Positions 1 through 12,654 of a DNA stretch of 64,000 nucleotides are shown here, piece after piece. The position numbers and the translations under genes are program-made. The stretch's first letter is position 1. Every line of letters begins with the position of its first letter. Location of the stretch: contig OZ231126.1 of the NCBI GenBank assembly GCA_965153355.1, positions 33,108,001 to 33,172,000 of the forward strand. Reading direction: 5' to 3'. The notes beneath the pieces were generated by a model that was not told where the DNA came from, made no database searches, and saw only the letters and a program-made list of their open reading frames with translations. The stretch is from Flaccisagitta enflata (Eukaryota).

Positions 1-246
1 CGCTTTCTTTCAAGCCTTGTTGCCGAACGCGTTTACTTCCGCTTTGCCCAGACGACAACAGCGCCAACGAGAGAAGCGAAAATGCCAGTCAAGGTTTGGG
101 GACAAAAGGAAAATCGCGGTCCAACAAAACCTCAACTTTGGATATAAGACGATGACCTAAAGGACTAAAGGTAGAATAGAACGAGTTTGTCCTTCGTCTT
201 CGGTCCATGCTCCATAACTGCCTCTCAACCTCACCGGAGGATTTCT

Positions 247-695
247 TTTTGGGCAGCGGTCCCAAAGGGGACGAAGTCCTGTAGCACACAGGGGGCTTTT
301 GTTTGTCCTTTCATCCGTTAGTCCTTCAAGCCCTCTCAGGCCTGAAATCTGCCCTCTTAGGCCTTGAATCTGTCCTCTCAGGCCTGAAATCCTTCCTCTC
401 GGGCCACGAGATCTGTCCTCTAAGGCCTGAGAGGGCAGATTTCAGGTCTAAGAGGGCAGATTTCAGGTCTAAGAGGGTAGATTTCAAGCCTGAGAGGGCA
501 GATTACAGGCCTGAGAGGGCCTGGGGGCACTGACGGATGGATAAATGGACAGATAAACAAAAGTCATTCTGAGTTCTACAGGACTTTGTCCCCTTCTGGG
601 CCGCTGCCCTGCTTCCTCTCACTCTGATTCACAATCATACAAAGCAGGGCAACGGGTATCGCTGACCACATATTGCCCATGGGCGACCTGTTGTT
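247..695 (+). mobile_element. Helentron-like non-autonomous element, family F (long subterminal inverted repeats, internal inverted 21-bp arrays)
   Basis: Starts TTTTGGGCAGCGGTCCCAAAGGGGACGAAGTCCTGTAG; inverted copy CTACAGGACTTTGTCCCCTTCTGGGCCGCTGCCC near 576-610; then an asymmetric tail (AGCAGGGCAACGGGTATCGCTGACCA...) shared with copies at 8471, 25029, 27432 and 54201. Confidence 0.65.
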
Positions 696-1041
696 CATAT
701 GTACCGCAACTGCCAATGGGGGTCTAGGGTGGCGGTGGGGCCGAGTATCTCGGGAGGGTGGCGGAACGGGTAACGTGGAGCTGTGGGTGGTTGTGGTTGT
801 GGTGTGGGCGCGAAGATTGGGCGGCGGCGGCGGAGGCGGAGGCGGAGGCGGGGACGCGGCTGGGAAGTCGTTAACCCACTTTGTCGCACAGAAATTCTGC
901 GTCGAAGGAATTTCGAGGAAAGCATCTTATTGGAAAACTCGAAACGAGGCGAAGAAGAAGAGAAGGGAAATGTTCAGGTGGAAACCGCAGGTGCACACTG
1001 GAGATGGAGGTGGAATAAGAAGGAGAGAGAAAAAGAAAAGA

Positions 1042-1245
1042 AAAACAAGTGACGCGGGGTCACAATATCGTTGCGGACGGGTGGGCAGTGGCATCCAACC
1101 CCATGTCCCTCACACACATACACAATAACCATCTAAAACGCTCATTTTTGCACTTTTCAACGCGTATCCATAGACCAACGGACCAACGGACGAACCAATG
1201 GACGGACAAAGCCTCCTATAGAGTTGCGTGTCCGCATCTAAAAAA
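1042..1245 (-). mobile_element. DINE/HINE-like element, family E
   Basis: Minus strand: TTTTAGATGCGGACACGCAACTCTATA, GTCC-type repeats, 3' GTCCGCAAC, hairpin GTGAC-CCCGC-GTCAC, TTGTTT; homologues at 8213, 23121 and 56776. Confidence 0.75.
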
Positions 1246-1909
1246 GACAAAGAGAGAGAGAGAGAGAGAGAGATAATGGGCGTTAAAAAAAGGAAATGTT
1301 AAAAAAAAGGAAAAACAAAAAACAATAAGAAAAAGAAAAAGAAACAACGTAGGAAAACAAATTGAGAGAATTAAACAAGTCTGCCTTAGTCACGTGTGGC
1401 TGGAAATGGTGATTCAGAAATGGTGTTCCAGAAACAGCAATCGGACGAATCGCAGCCGAGTTGAGTGCAAATCACCACGATTGGGTGTGGGTGTCGGTAT
1501 GAGTAGGGTGGTAATGACTAATGTAATGACCGATCGTCACCGAACATAGTTTTTAACGTATCAACTAACGAATGGACGGATGGACCGACCGACTAACACA
1601 GCAATTTACAAAGTCGCGAGTGTGCGACTTGAAAGATAGAATGAGGGTAAACAGATTGAGAGCGGCTTGAGGGAAATCCCAAGATGAACACCTGTATCTA
1701 TCTGCCGTTTACTGGTTCCTGCATGATGCAGGGCACGATAAACATTAAGGTCATGATGAGCATGATGAGGATGCTGGAGCGACCAATGGACATAACACAA
1801 CAAGAAATGACCTCCTTACAGGAGAAACGAGTTCTGAGCGTTGACGCACCTAGAAATGAGATGAGAAGGAGAAAAAAGTGGGATTCTCTCCAAGAAATCA
1901 TGGCGTGGG

Positions 1910-2072
<163 letters not shown>

Positions 2073-2219
2073 GAAGAAGAGCTAAAAGAGAAAAGAGTTG
2101 AATGAGCTTGTAGATAGTGGAAGTGGAATGAGGAAGTAGCAACCGCTAAAGAATGGAAGTAAAAACGCCAAAAACCGACAGGTTTATTGACGATGGCATT
2201 CAGGCTTAAGGAGGCAAAA

Positions 2220-2269
<50 letters not shown>

Positions 2270-2558
2270 GTAGAAAAGTCTCGCTCTCTCACACGAGTAA
2301 AGAAGTTTCCATTCTTCGGTTATGATTGCGGCAAACGCCCCGTGGGAGTTTTGGGGATTTTTGTGAGTAAGGCAATGGCTTAAATTGTCAGCCTGTCACT
2401 CGTGCAAGACTGACTTTTTTACCATTTCTTTTAAAGCACAACGCTAATGTGTCAAAAAGAACCAAGGTCCTTTGGGTACGACTCTTCTTCGTTTTTACAA
2501 ACACTGACACAAGTCCATGCGCGCACCAAAAACAAACTTAACCACCCCCCACACAAAA

Positions 2559-2603
<45 letters not shown>

Positions 2604-3207
2604 CACAGACTGCGATGCGCCTCCAATTGTGTCGTTACAACGGAACCATGTATCCCTCAGTAATATTGTCTAACTGCCAAACGCAAATTGGTTGACCATG
2701 TGTCGTCTGTCAGTTTGCGACCGAGCCGACCACATCTAGTAATGCACCTTCCCCGAACTCGTGTCGGCGAGTTCCACCGTCCCAGGCGCATCTCGAGCGC
2801 CGTCTATCGTCTGTGAGCAAACATAACCACATTCTCTCACTCGCTGCCTACTCGTCCATGACCTGGAGGTCCAAGACATTTCAGAGTCTTCATCCGGGCC
2901 GAGGCACAACGAAATGGATTTGCACGACACAACGCATTAACCCGTGGTGACATGCGCTATCACAAATGCTCGTAGTGAATATTGAATGACTCATTTTACT
3001 GCGAAGCGAGACTAACAACACTTGGCAGATACCGAGGCTGAATAGCCAAGGCCACCATCGATCGCTCCCGCGAGGATGGGCAAGGATTAGTGATAGAACG
3101 ATGTTTGGGTAGGACGCAGAAAGTTACGCAAATGCAAATTTCGAAAATGTTACAGAAATCCATGTATAGAAACTGTCGACGCGGTCAAAAAAGTCGTATT
3201 CGTATTA

Positions 3208-3619
3208 CCATGCGGATCAAAAAAAAAAAGACGCACTTTTAAATAGATAATTCAGCCAATAAGATTTTAAAAAACTATAGAAAATCTTAGATCATTTTGA
3301 AGATCTTTGAAAGTAGTTTCATTTGGCGCCAATCTGGTATTGCTATCTTTTTTCGTTTAGAAATGGCATTAGTTTGAGTAAAAACGTTGCCTGTTTCAGT
3401 TTCGCAATCCCTATGAGAAAAATGCATTTTAGCAAAACAGTGCTTCTCTTTGCAGAGCTCTAGCTCCTAAACCATTTGAGATATGGACCTGGGATTGGTC
3501 TAAAATGAAAGATTTTTGAAAATCTTTCAAAATGTCTTTCTTAAAAATTGTTACAATTATTTCTTATATCTGTTTTATCAATTAATATATAGGTGCGTCT
3601 TTTTTTTTGATCCAAGTGG
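3208..3619. mobile_element. TA-flanked MITE (Tc1/mariner-type)
   Basis: TA|CCATGCGGATCAAAAAAAAAAGACGCAC ... GTGCGTCTTTTTTTTTGATCCAAGTGG|TA. Confidence 0.8.
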
Positions 3620-4104
3620 TAAGATGTAAGATTCTTTTCGATCCGGCCATCTACATCCCTCGGTGTGATTTGAGAGCGGAGCCAGGATTTCTCTCACTGC
3701 ACTTCTCCCAGAGTCGTCGTTGAGAGTTGGCGGTCGCGCGTTTAAGAGTCCCCGGGAGCTACTTGATTGAATCGTAATTCGATCAGCTTTGATTAGCCCC
3801 TGATTCGCCACAACGAATCTGGTGGGTAGAACTAGAATTGGAAGACTTGGGGCGAGTTTATACACACAGATAACCGCGTTTTAATGGGCCATTCAGTCGC
3901 TCTTTTCGTTTGTTCGCTCGCACCACTCACTCGCTTCACAGCCTTAACCTACGTCCACATTGCTATTTTGGCTTTACTTGCTTGCTCGCTCCATTCATGT
4001 GGACACTCACTCACTCACTGAGCTCACTCCCTTGTGGACAGTGGAAAAATGGAAAAATAGAGATGGATATGGGTAAGTTGGACAGAGGTAGAGACATAAC
4101 CGAA

Positions 4105-4745
4105 TTAGTAGAAACACTTCCCAAGAGACTCACCGAATCAGCAGAAAAACGCCCTGAGAGAAGAACAAGACTCACCAAATCAGCAAAAATGTGCCCTGAC
4201 AGAAGAACAAGACTCACCAAGTCAGCAAAAACACGCCCTGAGAGAAGAACGAGAGTCACTATATCAGCAGAAACACGCCCTGAGAGAAGAACGAGACTCA
4301 CCAAATCAGCAGAAACACGCAGTGTGAGAAGAACGAGACACCAAATCAACAGAAATACGCCCTAAGAGGAGAACTAGATTCACTAAATCAGCAGAAACAC
4401 GCCTTGAGAGAAGAACGAGACTCACCAAATCAGCAGAAACACGCCTTGAGAGAAGAACGAGACTCACCAAATCGGCAGAAACATGCCTTGAGAGAAGAAC
4501 GAGACTCACCAAATCAGCAGAAACTCGCAGTGAGAGAAGAATGAGACACTAAATCAGCAGAAACACGCCTTGAGAGAAGAACGAGGCTCACCAAATCAGC
4601 AAAAAGACGGAACGAGACTCATCAAATCAGCAGAAACACGTAAAGAGAAGAACAAGATTCACCAAATCAGCAGAAAGACGGAAATAGAAGAACAAGACTA
4701 GCCAAATCAGCAGAAACACGCCCTGAGAGAAGCCTGAGACTCACC
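4105..4745. repeat. 42-bp minisatellite, about 15 degenerate copies
   Basis: Unit CAGCAGAAACACGCCCTGAGAGAAGAACGAGACTCACCAAAT; explains the RPERRTRLTKSAET repeat ORFs. Confidence 0.92.
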
Positions 4746-5407
4746 CGCGCCTCAACGGTAATTGAATCTTGATCGTTCCAAGGAGGAAATTGTCCGCGAC
4801 CGTCACACTTTGTTTGACAACAATCGTAGAATCCAAAACCGGGTGTAACTGTCACTGAGTATTTGTGTGCCGTGTGCGTGTGTGTGTGACTAAGTGTCAA
4901 AGAGTGTGAGAAAATTGAGAATACATGCGTAATAGTGTCTTTCACGTCAATGACCCTGCGTATTTGCTTGTCTCTTTCTCCCTGCGCGTGTTATCCAAAT
5001 CTACAAACTACTTTTTTTGTCTGTCCGTCCACCGGTATCCATGTTGACAAACTGCACTCAAGAGCTCTTGTTCCAGAATGAATGATGGGGGCGCTTTTGT
5101 TTGAAAGTTCCCCTTCGAGACATCCTCCACTTTTGCCTCTTAGTTTACACCCTAAGCCGATGAATTGATTTGCCGCCCTCTATATTTGTCGCGCTCTTTC
5201 ATATCACCATCTTATCACCCATCAAAGGCATTGATGCCACCAGCCTTCCAACTTGAGCATGCCTAAAATAGAAAAGAACATCGATAGTGCAACGTGAGTC
5301 TCAAAGCATCTCAAACTCAAAGAGAGAAATGACCCCAAAAAGGTCATGATTTCTTTTTGCTACCGCAGATTTTATCTCAACAAAAATCAAGAGAGAAGCT
5401 CGACATG

Positions 5408-5480
5408 CGACGATGACGACGACGACGACGACAACAGTAACAACGACAACGAAAACGACAACGAACACGAAAAAGACATC

Positions 5481-5560
<80 letters not shown>

Positions 5561-5607
5561 AAACAACAACAACAGCAACATTGGCGACGACAACATGATG
5601 ATGATGC

Positions 5608-5681
<74 letters not shown>

Positions 5682-5682
5682 A
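5408..5682. repeat. Compound trinucleotide microsatellite (GAC)n-(CAA)n-(ATG)n
   Basis: Directly visible runs; other (CAA)n runs at 33655-33812 and 62655-62934. Confidence 0.97.
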
Positions 5683-5733
5683 CGACAACAACATTTACTC
5701 GTACACTAGATGTATATTAATTATTCTACACAC

Positions 5734-5835
<102 letters not shown>

Positions 5836-5922
5836 GTCAATGTCCCAAGTGAAAATGGGTCAAGAATGACGCTTCGTGAAAACATTTCCTTGTTTCGCGA
5901 TAAAGCTTTATACGTAAATAAG

Positions 5923-6008
<86 letters not shown>

Positions 6009-6927
6009 GCTCACACTGAATCGACCTACCTTCTGGTTTTTAGATGCGTCCTCGCATCTCTATAAGAGGGTGTGTCCCTTGGTCTGTCTGTCTGTCTGTC
6101 TGTCTGAATGTCTGTCTGAGTGTATGAAATAGGAAAATTTCAAAACGCGATATTCAAGGTTTTCTCTTCATTTCTCCTCAAGTATCTTCTTGTCGCTTAT
6201 ATTTCTTTTGTCCCTTTCATCTCTTTTGTCTCTTTTGTCTCTTTTGTCTCCTATATGTCTCTTTTGTCTCTTTTGTCTCCTATATGTCTCTTATATCTCC
6301 TATTTCTCTTATGTATCTTAGGTCTCTTTTGTCTCTTATGTCTCTTATGTCTCTTATGTCTCTTATGTCTCTTATGTGTCTTATGTCTCTATGTCTCTTT
6401 TGTCTCCTATATGTCTCCTATATGTCTCTTATGTCTCTTATGTCTCTTATGTCTCCTATATGTCTCATATGTCTCTTATGTCTCTTATGTCTCTTATATC
6501 TCTTATATCTCATCTCTTATGTCTCTTATCTCTTATATCTCCTATGTCTCTTATCTCTTACATCTCTTAAGTCTCTTATGTCTCTTATGTCTCTTATGTC
6601 TCTTCATGTCTCTTCATGTCTCTAAATGTCTCTTCATGTTTCCTCATGTCTCTCCATGTATACCAAGTCCCTTCTTGTCTCTCCATGAGGATGGGGCGGG
6701 GGGGGTGGGGAGGCGTGGGGGGAGGAGGGGAGGGGGTGGGGAGGCGTGGGGGAGGGGTGGGGAGGCGTGGGGGAGGGAGGGGGGGGGGAGGAGTGGGGAA
6801 GGGTGGGAAGGCGTGGGGGGAGGGGTGGGGAGGCTCGGGGGGGAGAGGTGGAGAGGCGTGGGGGGGGGGAGAGATGAATCAGTTTATATTTTTCTCTTTA
6901 TCTCTGAATCTTTATATTTTCATATTA

Positions 6928-7104
6928 CAGTTGAACCCCGCTCTAACGGACCCGCCACAAACGGAATTCCGCCTATAACAGATGCAAATTCATAGTCCTT
7001 TCCAGTTAATTCATTTCATTTTCTTTATTGGCAATAACGGAAGTCCGCCTATTACAAAATAAAACCATTGGTCCCCTAAAATCCGTTAGAGCGGGGTTCA
7101 ACTG
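6928..7104. mobile_element. 177-bp TA-flanked MITE (pogo/Tigger-like ends)
   Basis: TA|CAGTTGAACCCCGCTCTAACGGA ... TCCGTTAGAGCGGGGTTCAACTG|TA; second copy in opposite orientation at 33438-33614. Confidence 0.92.
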
Positions 7105-7127
7105 TATTATATCTTAACAACTATATA

Positions 7128-7707
7128 CTATCTTCCAAAAAAAAAATCTTCCAGCACATTTTGAACAATTACTCTTCAATGATTCATCCGATTTCAAAAA
7201 AATTGGTGACCAAATTGAAGCCCTTCAAATTTCCGAGCTAGTCGTGCAAACCGCATCCCTCTAACCTAATTGTTTTAGAAGTTATCTCACTTAAAGTAAA
7301 AAGACTTCCTCTTGATTTGACTTCTTTTATGGTAGTTTTTTTCAAACAATCATAACTCATTTGTTTCTTGATGAATCAACAAAAAATTGGTGACCAAAAT
7401 GTAGAGTTTTTCAATGGGCATCTTTTCCTTTTTTACACCAACAAAATTGGTTCAGCCGTTTAAAAGTTACGGTCAATCAAAGATTGAAAAGGGAAAAAAT
7501 ATGTGAGTGCTCAAAATGCATGGAATACTATCACTCCAAAAGTGCCTCGATAGGCCCTAAAAATCAGTACCCCGGTAAATAGCGGCCAAAATTAGGTCAA
7601 GATAAGCTCACATTAAAAATTGATTACTTGGCAATTGAATGATATAGGTTTTTTAGCTGATGAATAAAATAAATTCGGAGGTTGGAAGATTTTTTTTTGG
7701 AAGATAG
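7128..7707. mobile_element. TA-flanked MITE
   Basis: TA|CTATCTTCCA(n)TCTTCCA ... TGGAAGAT(n)GGAAGATAG|TA; interior resembles 60446-60540. Confidence 0.8.
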
Positions 7708-7909
7708 TATCTTAATAATTTGTATGATTATATCTTACGTCTAAAGAGGACGCATCTATTGGACATCTCTTGGCCTTGTTTAGATTCCCTTTCTTCACAG
7801 TTTTATCTCGAACACAACTCAAATTTCAATCAAATAAACATATACACACATGTCTGAACTGATACAAATGCAGCATTCCGGTTCAAATACGTTTTCAACA
7901 CCTGAAATA

Positions 7910-8119
<210 letters not shown>

Positions 8120-8185
8120 TGTAACCACAATCATTAAACTTTCACTAAGGAAATTTCAGAGAAGAAGAAGAAGAAGAAGAAGAAG

Positions 8186-8212
<27 letters not shown>

Positions 8213-8218
<6 letters not shown>

Positions 8219-8449
8219 CCAGGGGTTACAATATCGTTGAGGACGCGTGGACAGGAGCGAACAACGCCCATCTTTACCCCAAGTCCCCCTCAACAGTCAA
8301 CACCCCCCTCTACGCACAGACATTGAAATGCGAGTTTCTACAATTTTCGATTCGTGCGCTATGGAACCATGAACGGATGTACTAATGGACCAATGGACGG
8401 ACAGATGGATGGACAAAGCCGCAAATAGAATTGCGTGTTCGCAACTACA
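8213..8449 (-). mobile_element. DINE/HINE-like element, family E (diverged)
   Basis: AAGTAACCAGGGGTTACAATATCGTTG ... GGAC repeats ... AATTGCGTGTTCGCAACTA. Confidence 0.65.
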
Positions 8450-8716
8450 ATGGAAAAGAAAAAGGAGAAGAAATAGTCGCAAAAGCGCTAGATGGTTAGC
8501 GGTACCCGTTGCCCCTATGTGAGTGTATGTAGGTATGAGGTGGTTAGAGGGGCAGCGGCCCCGAAGGGGCCGATGACCTATGTTTTTAGTTGGGCATCAA
8601 GGATGGAATTAGGTAGGGCCGGTAGTTGTTAACTTTAACTAGTTAGTTAACTAGTTAGTTATCTGAAAATGGTGGTAGTTAACTAGACCAAATTAACTAG
8701 TTAAAATAGTTAAAAC

Positions 8717-8874
8717 AAAACAAGGCCGAATACACGGCAATCCAGTCGCGGACGGTTTGGCAGGAGCGGTAATTCAAAGAACGATCGCAAGTTTAGAAAT
8801 ATTTGTGACGGATGGACGGACGGACAGACCAACCGACATGGCAAGGTGTAAAGTCGCGTGTCCGCGACTAAAAA
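8717..8874 (-). mobile_element. DINE/HINE-like element, family B
   Basis: Minus strand TTTTAGTCGCGGACACGCGACT ... GTCCGCGACT..GCCGTGTATTCGGCCTTGTTTT; homologue at 45134. Confidence 0.8.
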
Positions 8875-9324
8875 GTAAGTGTTGAATTGTTAAGTCCTTT
8901 GAAACACTCTAAGCTGTTTCAAATAAATTTGTAGGCTTGCGTTTTGTTCAAAATAGTGCCTGCAATTACATTTGTGCATCTGTACTCTGCAAGACTGAAG
9001 CTTCATGCTTCAGTTTATACTGAAAATGGTAGTGATACAAAAATCACGTCCTTATAGTGTTTCATGCACCAATATCTGGAATCATCTTTGGATTATGAAA
9101 AGTGATCCAGAATGGGACAGGAACTCAGGGCGCTTTCAATTAGGTCATTAGACCCAAGTCGACTATTGTTTTCTGTTCTGCCTCTTTGGTAATTCCAATC
9201 ATCCTTCTCAGTCCATAATATTGTCTTTTTGGGCCTTTCAATGAAACCCAGTTCTTCTGCAGACTATCAATGCACAAGTAAATGTGTTTAGCTTTTTTTT
9301 ATCTCATGTAGTATTCTACCTCAT

Positions 9325-10150
9325 CACGGCGTCCAGGAACAAACCATAGGTCGAAAAAAATGGTCAAGACTCCGGACCTGGGAGAATGTCTTTTTGGTTG
9401 CATAAGCTATCAATTTATGGCAAAAATTAAAAAATCGTCTTGAAAATATAGAATTTAAAGCCCAGAGATAGCAAAAATGAAGCATTTTTACATATTTTTA
9501 ATATTAAAAGTTAAGATTTTAGCTTCCAGCTGTTTAAAAAATATCTGAAAAGTGTGGCAATAGTTGCTGCAAAAATGCTTTTACCTATTTGGTGAGTTTA
9601 GAGGGTTATTTCACAGATATGAGCTGAAAAAACTAGTTTAAACTAGCAAATTGATTTTTTTTTTTCAGTTTTTTTTTACAAATACTTCTATAAAATTCTT
9701 GAAAATTATGAAAGTGTATAAATATTGTTGAGATACACATGCTGGAATATAAATCAGCTAGTTTTAAGAAATATTCAATGGATTAGAGCTTTAAAAAAGC
9801 AAAAAACAGTGAAAAATAGTCATTTTACAGTAGTTTTTGGCGATTTTTTTTCTTGATTTGTGAAAAATCACTCTAAACAAACTGAAGTAGGTAAAAGCAT
9901 TAGTGCAGTCACTGTGGCAAAACTTTTTACACATTTTTTCATATTTCTAGAAGCCATGAATATAATTTTTAATCTAAAAAATGCTTAAAAATGCCTTTTT
10001 TTGCTATTATTTGACTGTCAATTCTATATTTCTAAGCCAATTTTTTTATTTTCACCATTTTCTTGTAGCAAATACATCAAAAAAGACATTTCTCTAGGTC
10101 AGGAGTCTTGACCATTTTTTTTGACCTATGGTTTGTTCCTGGACGCCGTG
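9325..10150. mobile_element. Foldback MITE with CAC...GTG termini and 4-bp TSD (Chapaev-like)
   Basis: TCAT|CACGGCGTCCAGGAACAAACCATAGGTC ... GACCTATGGTTTGTTCCTGGACGCCGTG|TCAT; imperfect inverted arms extend about 300 bp. Confidence 0.88.
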
Positions 10151-11372
10151 TCATTGCATATGGATTTATCAATTGCACTAGATTAAATGTTTATAAGTCT
10201 GTATCTGTTAGTCTATCGGTCTGTCAGCCTGTCTGCCACTCAATCATTCCACATTTAAGTTTTGTTTCGGTTTTCTGTCAATTACTCATACAACAACTTA
10301 GTTTATTGAAGCAAAGGACGTCAGATATGGGATCATCTACAAGCACGTATTCATGATTTTTTGAAAAATTTGGCTAGTTCATTGATAATTACTCTGTCAA
10401 AAAAAAAAATGAAATGGTTGTTCAACAACCTCTGCGTCTTCGGTTGGGGTAGAAAGAGTCTACGATGCAGCAGGACTGTGTTTCTAAAGTGATAGTTTCT
10501 CTCTCTAACAGGAATGTTGATAATCTTTGCTTTCTATGAAATTACTTGTCTTGAAAAATCTATTCTTTTGCTCCTCGTTTAGTAATAATGGACTTGATGT
10601 TTGACCTGCTTTGATATTGGATTGATACAATCTTGAAACAATCATTGTTTGCAATTTGAACTAATTTCATGGTTATTCTGCATTATGCCATCATGATCAC
10701 GATAGATTTCAAAAACATTACATGACTTAACTGAGAGATATATGGCTTACCATAGATTCACGCTTGAAAATGATGGAAGCTGGTTTTAACTACTTTAGTA
10801 GTTAACTAGGCAAAAAAGTAGTTAGTTAACTATCAACTAGTTAATTTGAAATCCTTAACTACTGCCGGTCCTAGAATTAGGGCCTGGAGGCTGGAATTGG
10901 GGCCTTGAGGCTTGGATTAGGGCCTTGAAGCTGGGATTTGAGCTTCGAGGCTGGGATTTCAGCTTCAAGGCTGAGATTTGAGCTTCGAGGCTGGGATTTG
11001 AGCTTTGAGGTTGGGATTTGAGCTTTGGGGCAAGGATTTGAGCTTGGAAGCTGGTATTTGAGCTTCGAGGCTAGGATTTGAGCTTCAAGGCTGGGATTTG
11101 TGCGTTGAGAATGGGATTTGAGTCTAAGGGCTGGGATTTGAGCCTTAAGGCTGGGATTTTAGCCTGGAGACTGAGATTTGAGCCTCAAGGCTGGGATTTG
11201 AGCTTCAAAGCGGGGATTTGAGCCTCAAAGCTAGGATTTGGGTCTTGAGACTAGGATTTGGGCCTTGAGGGGGGGGGGACGGAGAAGAAGGAGAAGGAGA
11301 AGGAGAAGAAGAAGGAGAAATTTCCCCTTTGTGTGAAAGCATAGGCCTCGGCTCCTTCGGGGCCGCTGCCCC

Positions 11373-11429
<57 letters not shown>

Positions 11430-11989
11430 GGACTGCAAGTACAAGTGTGGGAGAATCTGTTCAAACACCGGATTGAAAACACACTTTGTATGAAAACAAG
11501 TTCTCCAGGCATCAGCCATACCCTTGTCCTACATCACTTAGTTACCATCATCAGTATTTGGAAGCCCATAGCACATCACCCATCATATTGCTGAAACCCT
11601 TGCAGTAAGCTCTACATATCAAACCTCTCAGCCGAAATTTGCCTATGATGCCCCTTTTGGTGCCCAAGGCCGAGGCTCGCATAGCCAAGATCCTGCCCTA
11701 TTGGCCCAAATCTTAAGATTATGAGCCAAATTTTATTTTGATCTTGGTCTGCGTCTCAAAAACACAGATTTTAGGCTCTGAGCATGGGCAGAAAGAATGT
11801 TTTTCATTTATGTATGGTAGGATATCGAGCAAATCTAGTAAGACTGGATCCAGTCCATGGAAGTAATCTAGGAAGACGAGCCAGTTATGAATCACCTAGA
11901 ACCCAGATAATTTTTGAAAATCGTTCACGCAAATCTTTAAAACAGCTATCAACGTTAGGCAATCCGACTTTGAAGTTCTTACATACAAT

Positions 11990-12471
11990 CAGGGGCCAAC
12001 AGAGGAATTTTGGGCCCCTATACAATCCAACAATCCGCCCCCCCAACTCCCCCCCCTTCGCTTTAGCGCGACTGCCAGCACAAATGGTAGCACATGGTTT
12101 TGGTGTAGATTATTTTTCAGTCTTAATACACTCAATCTGGAGAAGAAAATCCAAACAAGTGTTGAATTAAGCGCTTTGATCTGTAATGAAAATAAAAAAT
12201 GTATAACAGCAGAAAGTTTCGCAAAATTTAAATTTTCAGCTAAGGGCCCGGTTTTGCACACCATTCCTTCAGGGACATTGGTTTAGATAAGGCCCTAGGT
12301 TTTTTTTCTCTTCTCTTTCTCTTTCCTTTTCTTTCTTTTTTCGTTTTACTTTTTTCCCTTTTCCCCCTTTCTTCTTCTTTATTACTATGACAATTTAGGG
12401 GCCCTCCGGGCCCCCCTGAGGCCCGGACCCCTATAATTTGTATAGGTTGTATAGGCCTCTGCGGGCCACTG
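11990..12471. mobile_element. hAT-type MITE
   Basis: 8-bp TSD CATACAAT on both sides; TIRs CAGGGGCCAACAGAGG / CAGTGGCCCGCAGAGG. Confidence 0.9.
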
Positions 12472-12654
12472 CATACAATGTACGAGCAACGTATTGCTGA
12501 ATGATTCTGTTTTTTCTTTCTCTCTTTTTCTATTTTTCTTAATCTTGTAGATGTGTAGTTTTTAGGCATGTTGTTGTATGGTCTGTCATTAATGACGAAT
12601 TAAAGATGTTAAAACTTTTACCAAGCCTTTCATCATCTCTGCAAAAGGATAATG

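Larger units (their letters stand above)
6037..7781 (+). mobile_element. DINE/HINE-like element, family D, enlarged by a 9-bp array, a G-rich tract and two nested MITEs
   Basis: 5' TTTTAGATGCGTCCTCGCATCTCTATAAGAGG plus (GTCT)n; 3' GAGGACGCATCT...CTTGGCCTTGTTT; (TGTCTCTTA)n at ~6225-6655; homologues at 28917 and 48641. Confidence 0.75.
8614..10873. mobile_element. Non-autonomous hAT-type DNA transposon
   Basis: 8-bp TSD GAATTAGG (8606-8613 and 10874-10881); TIRs TAGGGCCGGTAGTTGTTAA / TAGGACCGGCAGTAGTTAA; subterminal TAACTAGTTA motifs at both ends. Confidence 0.88.
8471..11373 (-). mobile_element. Family F element with a 20-bp array, interrupted by a hAT-type element
   Basis: Tail AATAGTCGCAAAAGCG..TGGTTAGCGGTACCCGTTGCC, subTIR GGGCAGCGGCCCCGAAGGGGCCGA at ~8549; (GGCTGGGATTTGAGCTTCGA)n at 10880-11270; other subTIR ...TTCGGGGCCGCTGCCC at ~11357-11372. 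Confidence 0.7.

Noticed and set aside
2700..3110. GC-rich segment resembling coding DNA
   Set aside because: Only short ORFs, with no recognisable domain or clear splice structure.
3910..4365. 151-aa ORF with a 14-aa repeat
   Set aside because: It results from the 42-bp unit being a multiple of three; stops and indels occur along the array and no domain is recognisable.
6120..6995. 291-aa ORF
   Set aside because: It crosses a 9-bp array, a G-rich tract and a MITE end; not a plausible gene.
8900..9000. Possible hAT dimerisation-domain vestige on the minus strand (IAGTILNK...)
   Set aside because: Too short and too disrupted to support a call, although its position near one end of the hAT element is compatible.
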